DNA of 64,000 nt from an uncultured delta proteobacterium (GTDB lineage Bacteria; Desulfobacterota; Desulfobacteria; Desulfobacterales; SG8-13). Both the position numbers and the translations under genes were made by a program. This document shows, piece after piece, positions 32,338 through 41,256 of the stretch. The DNA lies in NCBI GenBank assembly GCA_963848135.1, contig CAWKCK010000004.1, positions 186,001 through 250,000 of the forward strand, read 5' to 3'. The notes beneath the pieces were generated by a model. The model searched no databases, had not been told where the DNA came from, and worked only from the letters and a program-made list of their open reading frames with translations. Every line of letters starts with the position of its first letter. Position 1 is the stretch's first letter.

Positions 32338-32664
32338 CTAAAAATATTCATGAAGGTGTATTTTCACTTTCCCTGAATCCTTATCGGAAAGCCTCCCGAT
32401 TTTTTTTAGAAGCAATCGGTTATCCAGGGTAAAGAGTTTGAGCCTGACCTGGCACGGTAAATTTAATCCAGCCGCAGTATATTCCTGGATTTCAGAATCA
32501 CCGGGCCACGGACGGTGACCTCTGGTTGTTATCATTGCAAGGACGGTATGCCCGCTCCCGTTGAATGTTTTATTGCTGAGCACAAGGGCTGGACGCCTTT
32601 TGGCATCCGGTTTATCTGTAAACGGAAAGGGAACGGTCACGACATCCCATTGGTTACAAATCAT
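32338..32664 (-). CDS. PemK/MazF-like toxin
   Basis: DVVTVPFPFTD...KRRPALVLS. Confidence 0.9.
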   Translation of the reverse strand: MICNQWDVVTVPFPFTDKPDAKRRPALVLSNKTFNGSGHTVLAMITTRGHRPWPGDSEIQEYTAAGLNLPCQVRLKLFTLDNRLLLKKIGRLSDKDSGKVKIHLHEYF

Positions 32665-32878
32665 TGAAAGCCTCTTCATCGTCCGGACTGCTCCACTCTT
32701 CGAGTGTTTCCGAAACAGCTGAATGGAAGGCAGAATCAAACGGTGTGATGCGGCTGAGCTTAATGGATTGGCCCTGTATTTCATAAGCGATAAGATCACC
32801 CGGTTGTATGCCCAGGGCCTTTCTGATCTCCAAAGGGATGGTGACCTGGCCTTTGGCCGAAAGTTTGCTGACATGCAT
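32654..32878 (-). CDS. AbrB/MazE antitoxin
   Basis: SKLSAKGQVTIPLEIRKALGI.PGD. Confidence 0.9.
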   Translation of the reverse strand: MHVSKLSAKGQVTIPLEIRKALGIQPGDLIAYEIQGQSIKLSRITPFDSAFHSAVSETLEEWSSPDDEEAFNDL

Positions 32879-33207
32879 CGTTGATTCTCCTTGAGTGAGG
32901 AACGCTGAAAAAAAATATCAAACGTAAAGAATTGTGTCAAGTTGGAATTCTTTACCAAGGATGAAAGTCAAATTAAAGGATTAAGGGACTGAGGGATTGA
33001 AAATAAAGGGTTCAAGGATTCAAGGGGACGAGGAAAAAAAGGCTGAAAGCAAGGGAGAGCTGAAATCCTGATAGACCTCAAAGGTCAAAGCTGAAAGCAG
33101 ATCTCACACCCGCTCCCGGTGGTCGCTTGAGGCACAGGGGGCACAGAGGGTTTTATGAGTGGTTATGTTTTCCGCTGAGACGCCGGAAAACATAAAACTG
33201 CACGCCC

Positions 33208-33630
33208 TTAAAGAGATTTCAGAAACTGTTTTGGGGTTAGAATACTTATGTTGTTGTAGTTCCCGAGTGAGAGCAGGTGACGGTCGCCGGATATTATGAA
33301 TTGGGCATTTGCGGTAGCAGCGCATGCAAAGAACTTATCATCTGCAGGGTCTTCCGCTACAATTTTTGGAACATTTTGATCGATGTCGACCGAGCTGAAA
33401 TAGAGGAGGATTTCAACATGCAGGAGATAGTCGATGTCCTCTACCGCTAGTTTGAATTTCGGGTATGCCAGGACGCGGATATATTCATTTATGATATCTG
33501 CGGAGGCAAAGGGCTGAATGCGCCTTTTCTGCCACAAAGATACAATTTCGCCCGGGACTCCGGAAAACAGCAAACCGGACACGACGACATTGGTGTCGAT
33601 GACGACCCGAGCTACTTTTTTCTTGCCCAC
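33208..33630 (-). CDS. PIN-domain toxin
   Basis: VVIDTNVVVSG...DPADDKF...IISGDRHLL. Confidence 0.9.
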   Translation of the reverse strand: MGKKKVARVVIDTNVVVSGLLFSGVPGEIVSLWQKRRIQPFASADIINEYIRVLAYPKFKLAVEDIDYLLHVEILLYFSSVDIDQNVPKIVAEDPADDKFFACAATANAQFIISGDRHLLSLGNYNNISILTPKQFLKSL

Positions 33631-33839
33631 TTGACGGCTTCTTTCACACTGTTGGCATTCAACCCCATCGCCTTCAGCTTGGATCGGATCTGGCCCAGAT
33701 CGGTGCCATATACCTTTAACGGCTTCAGCAAAACAACACCCTCATTGAGTTCCACATCGAAATATTCAACATCCGGTAATTGTTCGATGATTTTTTTGGG
33801 GATAGTGATCTGATTTTTTGCGGTAATTTTGGCAAGCAT
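33612..33839 (-). CDS. AbrB/MazE antitoxin
   Basis: MLAKITAKNQITIPK. Confidence 0.85.
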   Translation of the reverse strand: MLAKITAKNQITIPKKIIEQLPDVEYFDVELNEGVVLLKPLKVYGTDLGQIRSKLKAMGLNANSVKEAVKWARKK

Positions 33840-34109
33840 TTCCGATTTCCTTACTTTCTGGTTTTCTTTATGCCTTACTTTATTGGTTTTTGCGAGTGTT
33901 GTCAATTGGGGGATTCAGTAATTAAGGAATAGAGAAGCTCAAGGCTGAAAGGTCAATGCTGAAAGCAGATCTCACACCCGCTCCCGGTGGTCGCTCGAGC
34001 TTGCTATATTCCAGTAAGCCTTGAGCATGAACAAAAAAGGCTATACTCATTTTGATGCCAGTTACATGCAAGTTGGTTGGTAATCTGGGATCAAAAGAGG
34101 AGCATAGCC

Positions 34110-35363
34110 ATGAATACTAAATCGCAAAAAGTTAAAAGGGTCAATAGGCAAACAATGATCGTTAGTCTGGATATCGGTAAAGGGTCTCATTTTGGATATT
34201 TCCGTGCCCCCAATGGGAAAGAAGAAAAACCTTTTGAAGTTACCAATTGCCGGTACGGTTTTGACCAATTTTGGAAGAAGCTGTGTCGGTTTAAAAAAGC
34301 CCATCGCTTGAGTCAGGTTCTGGTTGGCTTTGAGTCCACAGGGCCTTACGCCGAGCCGCTGCTGCACTTTTTGAGGCAGAAGCCGGTGCAGCTGGTGCAA
34401 ATCAACCCGATGCACAGTAAGCGTGTGAAGGAACTTACCGGTAATTCTCCGAACAAGACCGATCGTAAAGACCCGCGAGTCATTGCCGATGTGATGATGC
34501 TCGGTCATTCTTTGACGGTGGTGGTTCCGGAAGGAGCGGCGGCCGAGCTGCGGCGGCTGACCCAGGCCAGAGAGCGCGCCATCAAAGAACGCACGGCCAT
34601 ACTCAATCAGTTGCAGCATCTTGTGTTTGTCGTTTTCCCAGAGTTTTTGAAGGTGATCAAAACCGTTTCTTGTAAAACCGGCTTGTATCTGATCAGGCAT
34701 TGCCCTGCGCCGGGCGCCGTGTTGACTCTGGGCCTGGAGCAGTTGAGCCGGGACATGAGGCGTGTGAGCCGTGGCAGGATGGACCATCAACGGGCCAGGC
34801 AGCTGTTTCAGGCGGCAAAATCCTCGGTCGGAGTCACCGAAGGCCGCCAGAGCATTGTCTCGGAGATTGGCTACCTTGTGGATCAGATCGAAAGGATCAA
34901 TGCGTTTGTCGATCACCTGGAAGGCCGCATGAGAAGCTATTTGGAGCAAATCCCATACAGTCCGTATCTTCTTTCGATGCGAGGTATCGGCCTGATCACC
35001 GTTGCCGGCTTGATCGGTGAGGTGGGAGACTTTCGTCAATTTTCCACGCTCCCTGAGATCACCAAACTGGCTGGTCTGGATTTGTTTGAGGTCAGTTCCG
35101 GCAAGCACCGCGGGCGACACCACATTTCCAAACGCGGACGACCGTTGATGCGCAAACTGTTGTATTTTGGCGCCATCAATACCGTTAAGTCCAATGGGAT
35201 TATGCATGTGCCTTACAACCGAATGATTGAGCGTGGAATGCCCAAAATCAAAGCTCTGGTGGCGATTTCGCGCAAACTGCTGGCGGTGATGTTTGCATTG
35301 GCCCGTGATGGCTCGATATATATCGAAGATTACAATACCCATCGTTGTCAACTAGCAGCTTGA
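34110..35363 (+). CDS. IS110-family recombinase (intact)
   Basis: SLDIGK, FESTG, KTDRKD, SSG...ISKRGR; RBS GAGGAG. Confidence 0.95.
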   Translation: MNTKSQKVKRVNRQTMIVSLDIGKGSHFGYFRAPNGKEEKPFEVTNCRYGFDQFWKKLCRFKKAHRLSQVLVGFESTGPYAEPLLHFLRQKPVQLVQINPMHSKRVKELTGNSPNKTDRKDPRVIADVMMLGHSLTVVVPEGAAAELRRLTQARERAIKERTAILNQLQHLVFVVFPEFLKVIKTVSCKTGLYLIRHCPAPGAVLTLGLEQLSRDMRRVSRGRMDHQRARQLFQAAKSSVGVTEGRQSIVSEIGYLVDQIERINAFVDHLEGRMRSYLEQIPYSPYLLSMRGIGLITVAGLIGEVGDFRQFSTLPEITKLAGLDLFEVSSGKHRGRHHISKRGRPLMRKLLYFGAINTVKSNGIMHVPYNRMIERGMPKIKALVAISRKLLAVMFALARDGSIYIEDYNTHRCQLAA

Positions 35364-35364
35364 T

Positions 35365-35520
35365 GTGAAAGCGGGGAGATTTTCATCTGCGCCATTAAGG
35401 CGATTTTTTCGACCTTCAGCTCGAGCATTCAAAACTCCCCGCTGTCACCAATTCCCGATGAAGCAAGATCAGAGCCGTTGGCGGACTCTCAAATACCAGG
35501 GTTGGAAATGGTGACCTCAT
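35365..35520 (+). ncRNA. Putative bridge/seek RNA of the IS110 element
   Basis: Two stem-loops whose loops match the target and the donor junction (see findings). Confidence 0.7.
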
Positions 35521-35889
35521 TATAAGCAAAAACTATTTTAAGTTCTTGACTACAATAAACCAGGCACAGGGGGCACAGAGGGTTTTATGAGTGGTTATGT
35601 TTTCCGCTGAGACGCCGGAAAACATAAAACTGCACGCCCTTCGGGCATTAAGGCGGGTTTTTGAGTAGCCGCCTCTCACAGGGCCGGTTACACTTTTTTC
35701 TCTACGAACTCTGTGTGCTCTGCGAGAGCTGAAAAAAGGTGTTGAGATTGTTAGAAGAAATATTAAATAATTTGATTATTAGAATTGTTTAGGAAAGTTA
35801 TAAGAGCAGAGAAACTTTCATTGCGTTCTCAAATCGGCCGTAGTTGGTGTGTCCTGTTCAGAGGTTCACAATCAAAAGGAGGGTATGTT

Positions 35890-36696
35890 ATGGCGAAACG
35901 CTGTCTTGTTCTCTGTCTGGTCGTTGGCTGGATCGTCGCCGTCCCGGGCTTAGCCGCTGCATATAATGCTACCGGCATTTGGGACTTTTCAGAACACACT
36001 TTCTGGAACTCTTGTGAAGAGCCGAATCCGCCAGCGGAATCGGGGTCATTCATTTTTATGCAAAATGGAAACAGCGCCACCATCATAAAACAAGGTCGAA
36101 CGCTTACTGGATCGGTCAGTGGTTCACTATACACTTTTTATGACACCAAATTTGAAGATGGTGGGACGACTCAGATAACCATATTGATACCTCTTGTTTC
36201 GCCAACCAGTGCTGAGATCACGGTGCAGTGGGAATGGAGCGATGGAGTAGACCCTTGTGCGGGAGGGAATAATGCTACCATCGCCAAACAGACTCAGATT
36301 TCCCCGGTGTATGACATAACAGGCACGTGGGAATATTCAGAATCAGGACATTGGAACAGTTGCGGTGATCCGGTTGAAAGCCCGACCACCGATACGTTGA
36401 CCTTAATCCAGAACGATAATCTTGTATCCGGCACTTCAGCAAGTGGCACTATCTATACAGGCTTTCTCAACGGTTCGACCTACACGGCCGTTAGCACTTA
36501 TCCGGAAGATGGCGGCACCACCTCTGAGGTCAAAACGATAAACATGAGTTCAAAGAGCGCCGGTGGCGGAAGTTGTCAATGGATTTGGAATGACATTTTT
36601 GAATCCTGCGCCGGTGGGTACAATGAGACAATTTCAAAAGTGGTATCGACCGTCAATGTAATGCCGGCGATAAACGCCCTTCTGCTTAACGAGTGA
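35890..36696 (+). CDS. Secreted protein with an internal two-domain duplication
   Basis: RBS AGGAGG, signal peptide, Y.xTG.W..SE...WNSC twice, C-terminal PAINALLL. Confidence 0.75.
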   Translation: MAKRCLVLCLVVGWIVAVPGLAAAYNATGIWDFSEHTFWNSCEEPNPPAESGSFIFMQNGNSATIIKQGRTLTGSVSGSLYTFYDTKFEDGGTTQITILIPLVSPTSAEITVQWEWSDGVDPCAGGNNATIAKQTQISPVYDITGTWEYSESGHWNSCGDPVESPTTDTLTLIQNDNLVSGTSASGTIYTGFLNGSTYTAVSTYPEDGGTTSEVKTINMSSKSAGGGSCQWIWNDIFESCAGGYNETISKVVSTVNVMPAINALLLNE

Positions 36697-36919
36697 TTCA
36701 TTTAAGATTTTCGATTTTTTCAAATAATCACTACTTGATTACCGCAACACGATAATTTCACTATTCGGATCAAACGCGGGCTGCAATAGTCTCGCCCGAT
36801 GGTCCTGGTCTGGATCCTCTGTGTAACCCGAGTCTCGCGGGAGATGAATTAAAGCTTCCTCTTAGGACCTGATAACTTGCATTTAGTGAAAAGACCCGCG
36901 AGATTGCCTTTACCCTCTC

Positions 36920-37073
36920 AGCCCGGAAATTTCATGAAATCCTTTCAGCGCTCTCATTAGTTTTCGGGGAGGGACAAAGTGACCGTAGGTTATGCAGTTC
37001 ATAAGTTTAACCAGTGCCCCAATATGACTTATTTTTGGCAACTCGGTGAAAAGATCTCATGAAATATTCGGGA
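36920..37073. mobile_element. Short (~155 bp) M1-related MITE
   Basis: GCCCGGAAATTTCATGAAAT ... CTCATGAAATATTCGGGA. Confidence 0.75.
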
Positions 37074-37075
37074 TA

Positions 37076-37186
37076 GGGTTGTGGAAGCTCAGGGTCGGCC
37101 AGTATCGTATCATTTATAAAATCGACGACAACGACAAAATTGTCGATATTGTTGTCGTCAGACATCGACGTGATGTTTACCGATAG
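37076..37186 (+). pseudogene. RelE/ParE toxin C-terminal remnant
   Basis: GLWKLRVGQYRIIYKIDD..KIVDIVVVRHRRDVYR*. Confidence 0.8.
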
Positions 37187-37521
37187 TTGTCATTTCTACC
37201 TCAATCATGAGGTTTTATTTCCTATCGGTATCTCCCGATAGGGAATAAGCTGTATCCTCATTAAAAATCACAAACCTTGTTGTATATATCCAATTAATAT
37301 GGTAGTTTATCTCTGGGGTTGTTCGCCTGGTTGTCACCGGCGTCACCCGTTGAATTCCCGTGGGGACTGCAAAGCGGCATTCAACAAAGCGATCCCGGGT
37401 GAGAAAAAAATCAAAAAGAAATTGATAAGTTATACCCATTTAACCCGAATATTTCATGAAACATTCGGGTTAGATTCTTACAAAAACTTATAAGCATTGA
37501 ATTTCATGTCAGGCATATTTA

Positions 37522-37684
37522 TACCTAATTTGAGCGATTTTTGACTCGTGCTGCACCAATCTATTGCCCATCAAGGGCCTGTGCCAATCCTCGACATAGC
37601 CATGGATATGCCTGCGGTTGGCGCAGGCCCTTGATGAACAAGATCTCAGCACATCGCTTCCTCAAAAATCGCTCAACTCAGGTT
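37522..37684. repeat. MITE-like element
   Basis: TIR ACCTAATTTGAGCGATTTTTGA / TCAAAAATCGCTCAACTCAGGT; related ends at ~54660 and ~56575. Confidence 0.7.
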
Positions 37685-37704
37685 ATAGAAAGGTTAGCTT
37701 CTCA

Positions 37705-40107
37705 ATGAAAAATAGATCCGTCGTCATCCTGATGATTACTCTGTTATCCCTGTCATTCACGCTTGCTTGCGACGGGCCCGAAGAAAAAAAGATGAAGTTC
37801 TTCGATAAAGGCAAGACGTTCTATGAGGAGGGGGACTACGTCAAGGCCCGGCTGGAGTTGAAAAACGCCGTTCAAATCGACCCCAAATTCGCCCAGGGTT
37901 ACTATTACATCGGGCTTGTGGAAATGAAGGAGCAAAACTATCGACAGGCTTTCGGCAATTTTTCCAAGGCCGTGGAACTCGACCCAAAGATTTTCGATGC
38001 CCAATTGGAGATGGGCCGGTTGTACATGGCGGGCCGGGCACAGGACAAGGCACTCGAGAAAGCGGAACTGGTGCTTGCGGCCGAACCGGAGAATGTGAAA
38101 GCCGCGCTTTTGAAGGCCTCGGTATTGCTGCGCGAGAAAAAAGAAACCGAAGCCAGCCAAATTCTCGACGATCTGCTCGGCAAGGGTGTGACCGAACCGG
38201 ATGTCTATCTGCTGCTGGCCCTCATTGCCGCCCAACAGAACGACGCCTCGGGTGCGGTGAGCATTCTGGAGAAAGGATTGACGGCCAACCCGAACGCGGT
38301 CAATATTCACATCTTTCTGGCCCGGGTCTATGCAGGTGCTAAAAACTACAGTGAGGCCGAGGCGGCCATGCAGAAGGTTATCGCCATCGCGCCCGACGAT
38401 GTAAGCCATCGGTTCACTCTGGCAACGCTGCTTTGGCAGTCGGATCAAAGAGCCAAGGCCGACAAGGTGATCGCAGATATTATCAGCGCCGACCCGCAAA
38501 ATGAAGAGAATTTAATCAATGCCGCCCGTTTCTACCTCGCCCAGGAACAGGTCGAAAGCGCGGAAAAACTTTTACAGAAAGGCATCAAGGCGACCCCGAC
38601 AAGTTATCAATTGCGCTTCGCGTTGGCCGAGATTTACATGAATCGCAACCAGCCGGATGCGGCCGAGAAGACACTGAGAGAGAGCTTGACTCTGGGAAAA
38701 GAGCCCGACAGCCCCAATATGTTAAAGGCGAAAACATTGCTGGCGCGGACGCTTTTGGCCAAAGGGGAGGTGGCCGCCGCCGAGGCTCTCGTGGACGAGG
38801 TCATCGAGGCCAACCCCAAGAATGTGGATGCCCATTTCATCAAAGGCCGGCTGTACATGCTGCGTAAAGACGGCGAGGCGGCCGTGGCCGAGTTTCGGAC
38901 CGTGATCACCGAGAAGCCGGAACTCGAGGCCGGGTACTTGAACCTGGCCGAAGCCCACTTGCTGAACAAGCAGAACCAGCTGGCTCTCGACACCTTGCGC
39001 AGTGCGGTCAGTGCGCTTCCGGAATCGAAGAACCTGCTCCGGGCCCTCGCCCAGGTATACGCGGCGCAGAAGAATTATGGTGAGGCCGAAAAGCAGCTCA
39101 ACCGCATCTTAGAAATCGATCCCCAGGACATTGGTGTATACGCCAACCTGGGGGACCTGTATGCCTACACCGGTAAGACCGGGGATGCTGAAAACACCTA
39201 CCGTAAAATTATCCAGCAGGCACCGGATAAAGCTCTTGGCTATATCAAACTGAGCCGGTTCTACCTCAAGGAGAAGCAACCGGACAAGGCCCTGGCCGTG
39301 TTGGAGGGGGCCTATCAGAATAACCCGCAATCGGCCCAGATCCTTTCCAGCCTCGTTCAAACCTACATCGGCAACAAACAATTTGACAAGGCCGTCGCTG
39401 TTTGCCAGACGCAAGTGGACCAAAATCCGAAAGACGCCTTTTCCTACAACCTTCTGGGTGCAGTATACACCGCCAACAAAGACTTTCCTGAAGCTGAAAA
39501 AGCCTTGACCAGAGCGACAGAATTGCGACCCCTCTGGCCGGCGCCTTACAACAATCTGGCGCGGATCTACCTGGCCCAGGGAAAGACGGCCGAAGCCGTT
39601 GCCAAATTCGAAGATGCCCTGGCGGCCAATCCTCAAAACGCCGGGGCATACCTGGCGCTCGGCTCGATTTACGAACAGAAAAACGACAGCCCCAATGCCA
39701 TTAAGGTTTACGAAAGGGCTCTCGAGGTTCATCCGAGCATGTGGGCTGCCGCCAACAACCTGGCTTTTCTCCTCGGCGAATCGTCCGGCGATCCGAAAAC
39801 CTTGGAGCACGCCTTGTCCCTGGCCCGCAAGGCCAACGACCTGAGGCCGAACGAGCCCCTGGTGCTGGACACCCTGGCCTGGATTCAGTACAAGCGCGGC
39901 GAAATGACCGAGGCCCGTCAGAATCTAACGGCGGCATTGGACCAAGCGCCTGAAAATCCCGTGTTCAACTATCACATGGGGGTAATACTATACGAGAATG
40001 GTAACACCGTGGAAGCCAAACAAAAACTGGAGACCGCTTTGGCCGGCAAACAGACTTTTGCCGGGCGGGATAAGGCTGAAAAACTGCTGAAGCAACTTGG
40101 GAATTAG
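37705..40107 (+). CDS. TPR lipoprotein (PrsT-like, exosortase/EPS system)
   Basis: Lipobox TLAC, many TPRs, AANNLA..., DTLAWI. Confidence 0.85.
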   Translation: MKNRSVVILMITLLSLSFTLACDGPEEKKMKFFDKGKTFYEEGDYVKARLELKNAVQIDPKFAQGYYYIGLVEMKEQNYRQAFGNFSKAVELDPKIFDAQLEMGRLYMAGRAQDKALEKAELVLAAEPENVKAALLKASVLLREKKETEASQILDDLLGKGVTEPDVYLLLALIAAQQNDASGAVSILEKGLTANPNAVNIHIFLARVYAGAKNYSEAEAAMQKVIAIAPDDVSHRFTLATLLWQSDQRAKADKVIADIISADPQNEENLINAARFYLAQEQVESAEKLLQKGIKATPTSYQLRFALAEIYMNRNQPDAAEKTLRESLTLGKEPDSPNMLKAKTLLARTLLAKGEVAAAEALVDEVIEANPKNVDAHFIKGRLYMLRKDGEAAVAEFRTVITEKPELEAGYLNLAEAHLLNKQNQLALDTLRSAVSALPESKNLLRALAQVYAAQKNYGEAEKQLNRILEIDPQDIGVYANLGDLYAYTGKTGDAENTYRKIIQQAPDKALGYIKLSRFYLKEKQPDKALAVLEGAYQNNPQSAQILSSLVQTYIGNKQFDKAVAVCQTQVDQNPKDAFSYNLLGAVYTANKDFPEAEKALTRATELRPLWPAPYNNLARIYLAQGKTAEAVAKFEDALAANPQNAGAYLALGSIYEQKNDSPNAIKVYERALEVHPSMWAAANNLAFLLGESSGDPKTLEHALSLARKANDLRPNEPLVLDTLAWIQYKRGEMTEARQNLTAALDQAPENPVFNYHMGVILYENGNTVEAKQKLETALAGKQTFAGRDKAEKLLKQLGN

Positions 40108-40665
40108 GGAGTGGGGCATTCAGGAATTAAGGGATTAAGGATTAAGGAATTATAGGAAGACACTCGAACCCTTGCGTCCCTGATCCCTGATAAGAAAACT
40201 ATCTAAATGTTCAAAATTTATCCTGTGAAATTCTCAAAAGATACGAGCGAAGCGGATTTCACCGGGACGATCTCAACGATCAACGTTGGAAGTGCCTGAA
40301 GTTAAAATAGGGGACACGGATTCACGCAGACGGGCGCGGATGGGGAAAGAGCTCGAAGCTCAAGGCAACAGAAGCACGTTGGCGGTTGGAGGGTTGAGGT
40401 CGGGGGCAACCCGTAACACGCAACTCGTAACGCGCAACCCGTAATCTCAAGGGGATAAGGATTTGGAAATAGAGAATTAGGGGATATCTCACACCCGCTC
40501 CCGCTGGTCGCTCGAGCGCGTTGGGGGCGCAGAGATAATTTTTGGCGTTGAACGGGTCATCACCATATAGGTGTCGTCCGTTATCGGAATAGTTCCTCAA
40601 TAGTCTGCTATAGTTCAAGCACTTGTTTCATAAAATTTACGAAGGAAATTTTATTCAGGAAAGGA

Positions 40666-41256
40666 ATGAAGATGACGACATTTAAGGGGAAACTGCTATT
40701 TGTCCTGGTTGTTTGCCTGACGGTGGTAGCGGCGACGGCTGGAGCGGCTGACACGACCGCACAGGCACTGGGACAGGATTACATCATCGGGCCCGGTGAC
40801 GTATTAGAGATATCGGTGTGGAAGGAAGAAGCCCTGACCAAACTGGTAACCGTATTGCCTGACGGCAAAATCGCCTTTCCGCTGATTGGCGAGGCGGTAG
40901 CCGACGGCTGGACGGTTGCGCAGCTGAAAAAAGAAATCGAATCCCGGCTGGCCCGCTTCGTTCCGGATCCGGTACTGTCGATAAGCGTTTATCAGATGAA
41001 CAGCTTAATGGTCTACGTGGTGGGAAAAGTAAACAGGCCCGGCCGATTTGAACTCAACACCAACATCGACGTTTTACAGGCCTTGTCTCTTGCTGGCGGA
41101 CTTAACAGTTTCGCCAAGCGCGGACAGATAAAGGTCTTCCGCAAAAAAGACGGTAATACCAAGATCTTCGATTTCGATTACGATGATGTGACCGAAGGGA
41201 AGAAACTGGAACAGAACATTCAGCTGGTGAGAGGGGATGTGGTTGTCGTACCCTAA
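40666..41256 (+). CDS. Polysaccharide export protein (Wza/EpsE family)
   Basis: YIIGPGDVLEISVW, PDGKIAFPLIG, GDVVVVP. Confidence 0.9.
   Translation: MKMTTFKGKLLFVLVVCLTVVAATAGAADTTAQALGQDYIIGPGDVLEISVWKEEALTKLVTVLPDGKIAFPLIGEAVADGWTVAQLKKEIESRLARFVPDPVLSISVYQMNSLMVYVVGKVNRPGRFELNTNIDVLQALSLAGGLNSFAKRGQIKVFRKKDGNTKIFDFDYDDVTEGKKLEQNIQLVRGDVVVVP

Larger units (their letters stand above)
34000..35563 (+). mobile_element. Complete IS110-family element inserted at an AG core within a repeat
   Basis: An empty-site paralogue at 33101..33209 defines both ends. Confidence 0.9.

Noticed and set aside
28320..33999. CRISPR array or integron as an explanation for the repeats
   Set aside because: No constant repeat with unique equal-length spacers, no cas gene or integrase, and no convincing attC box pattern.
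34062..35351. 429-aa minus-strand ORF
   Set aside because: Antisense shadow of the IS110 recombinase; the same applies to 7924..8727.
37215..37493. Short ORFs upstream of the TPR gene
   Set aside because: No recognisable motif; possibly a decayed gene fragment, but not supportable.
37753..39953. Alternative-frame ORFs within the TPR gene (likewise within the Rhs and kinase genes)
   Set aside because: Shadow ORFs of GC-rich coding sequence.
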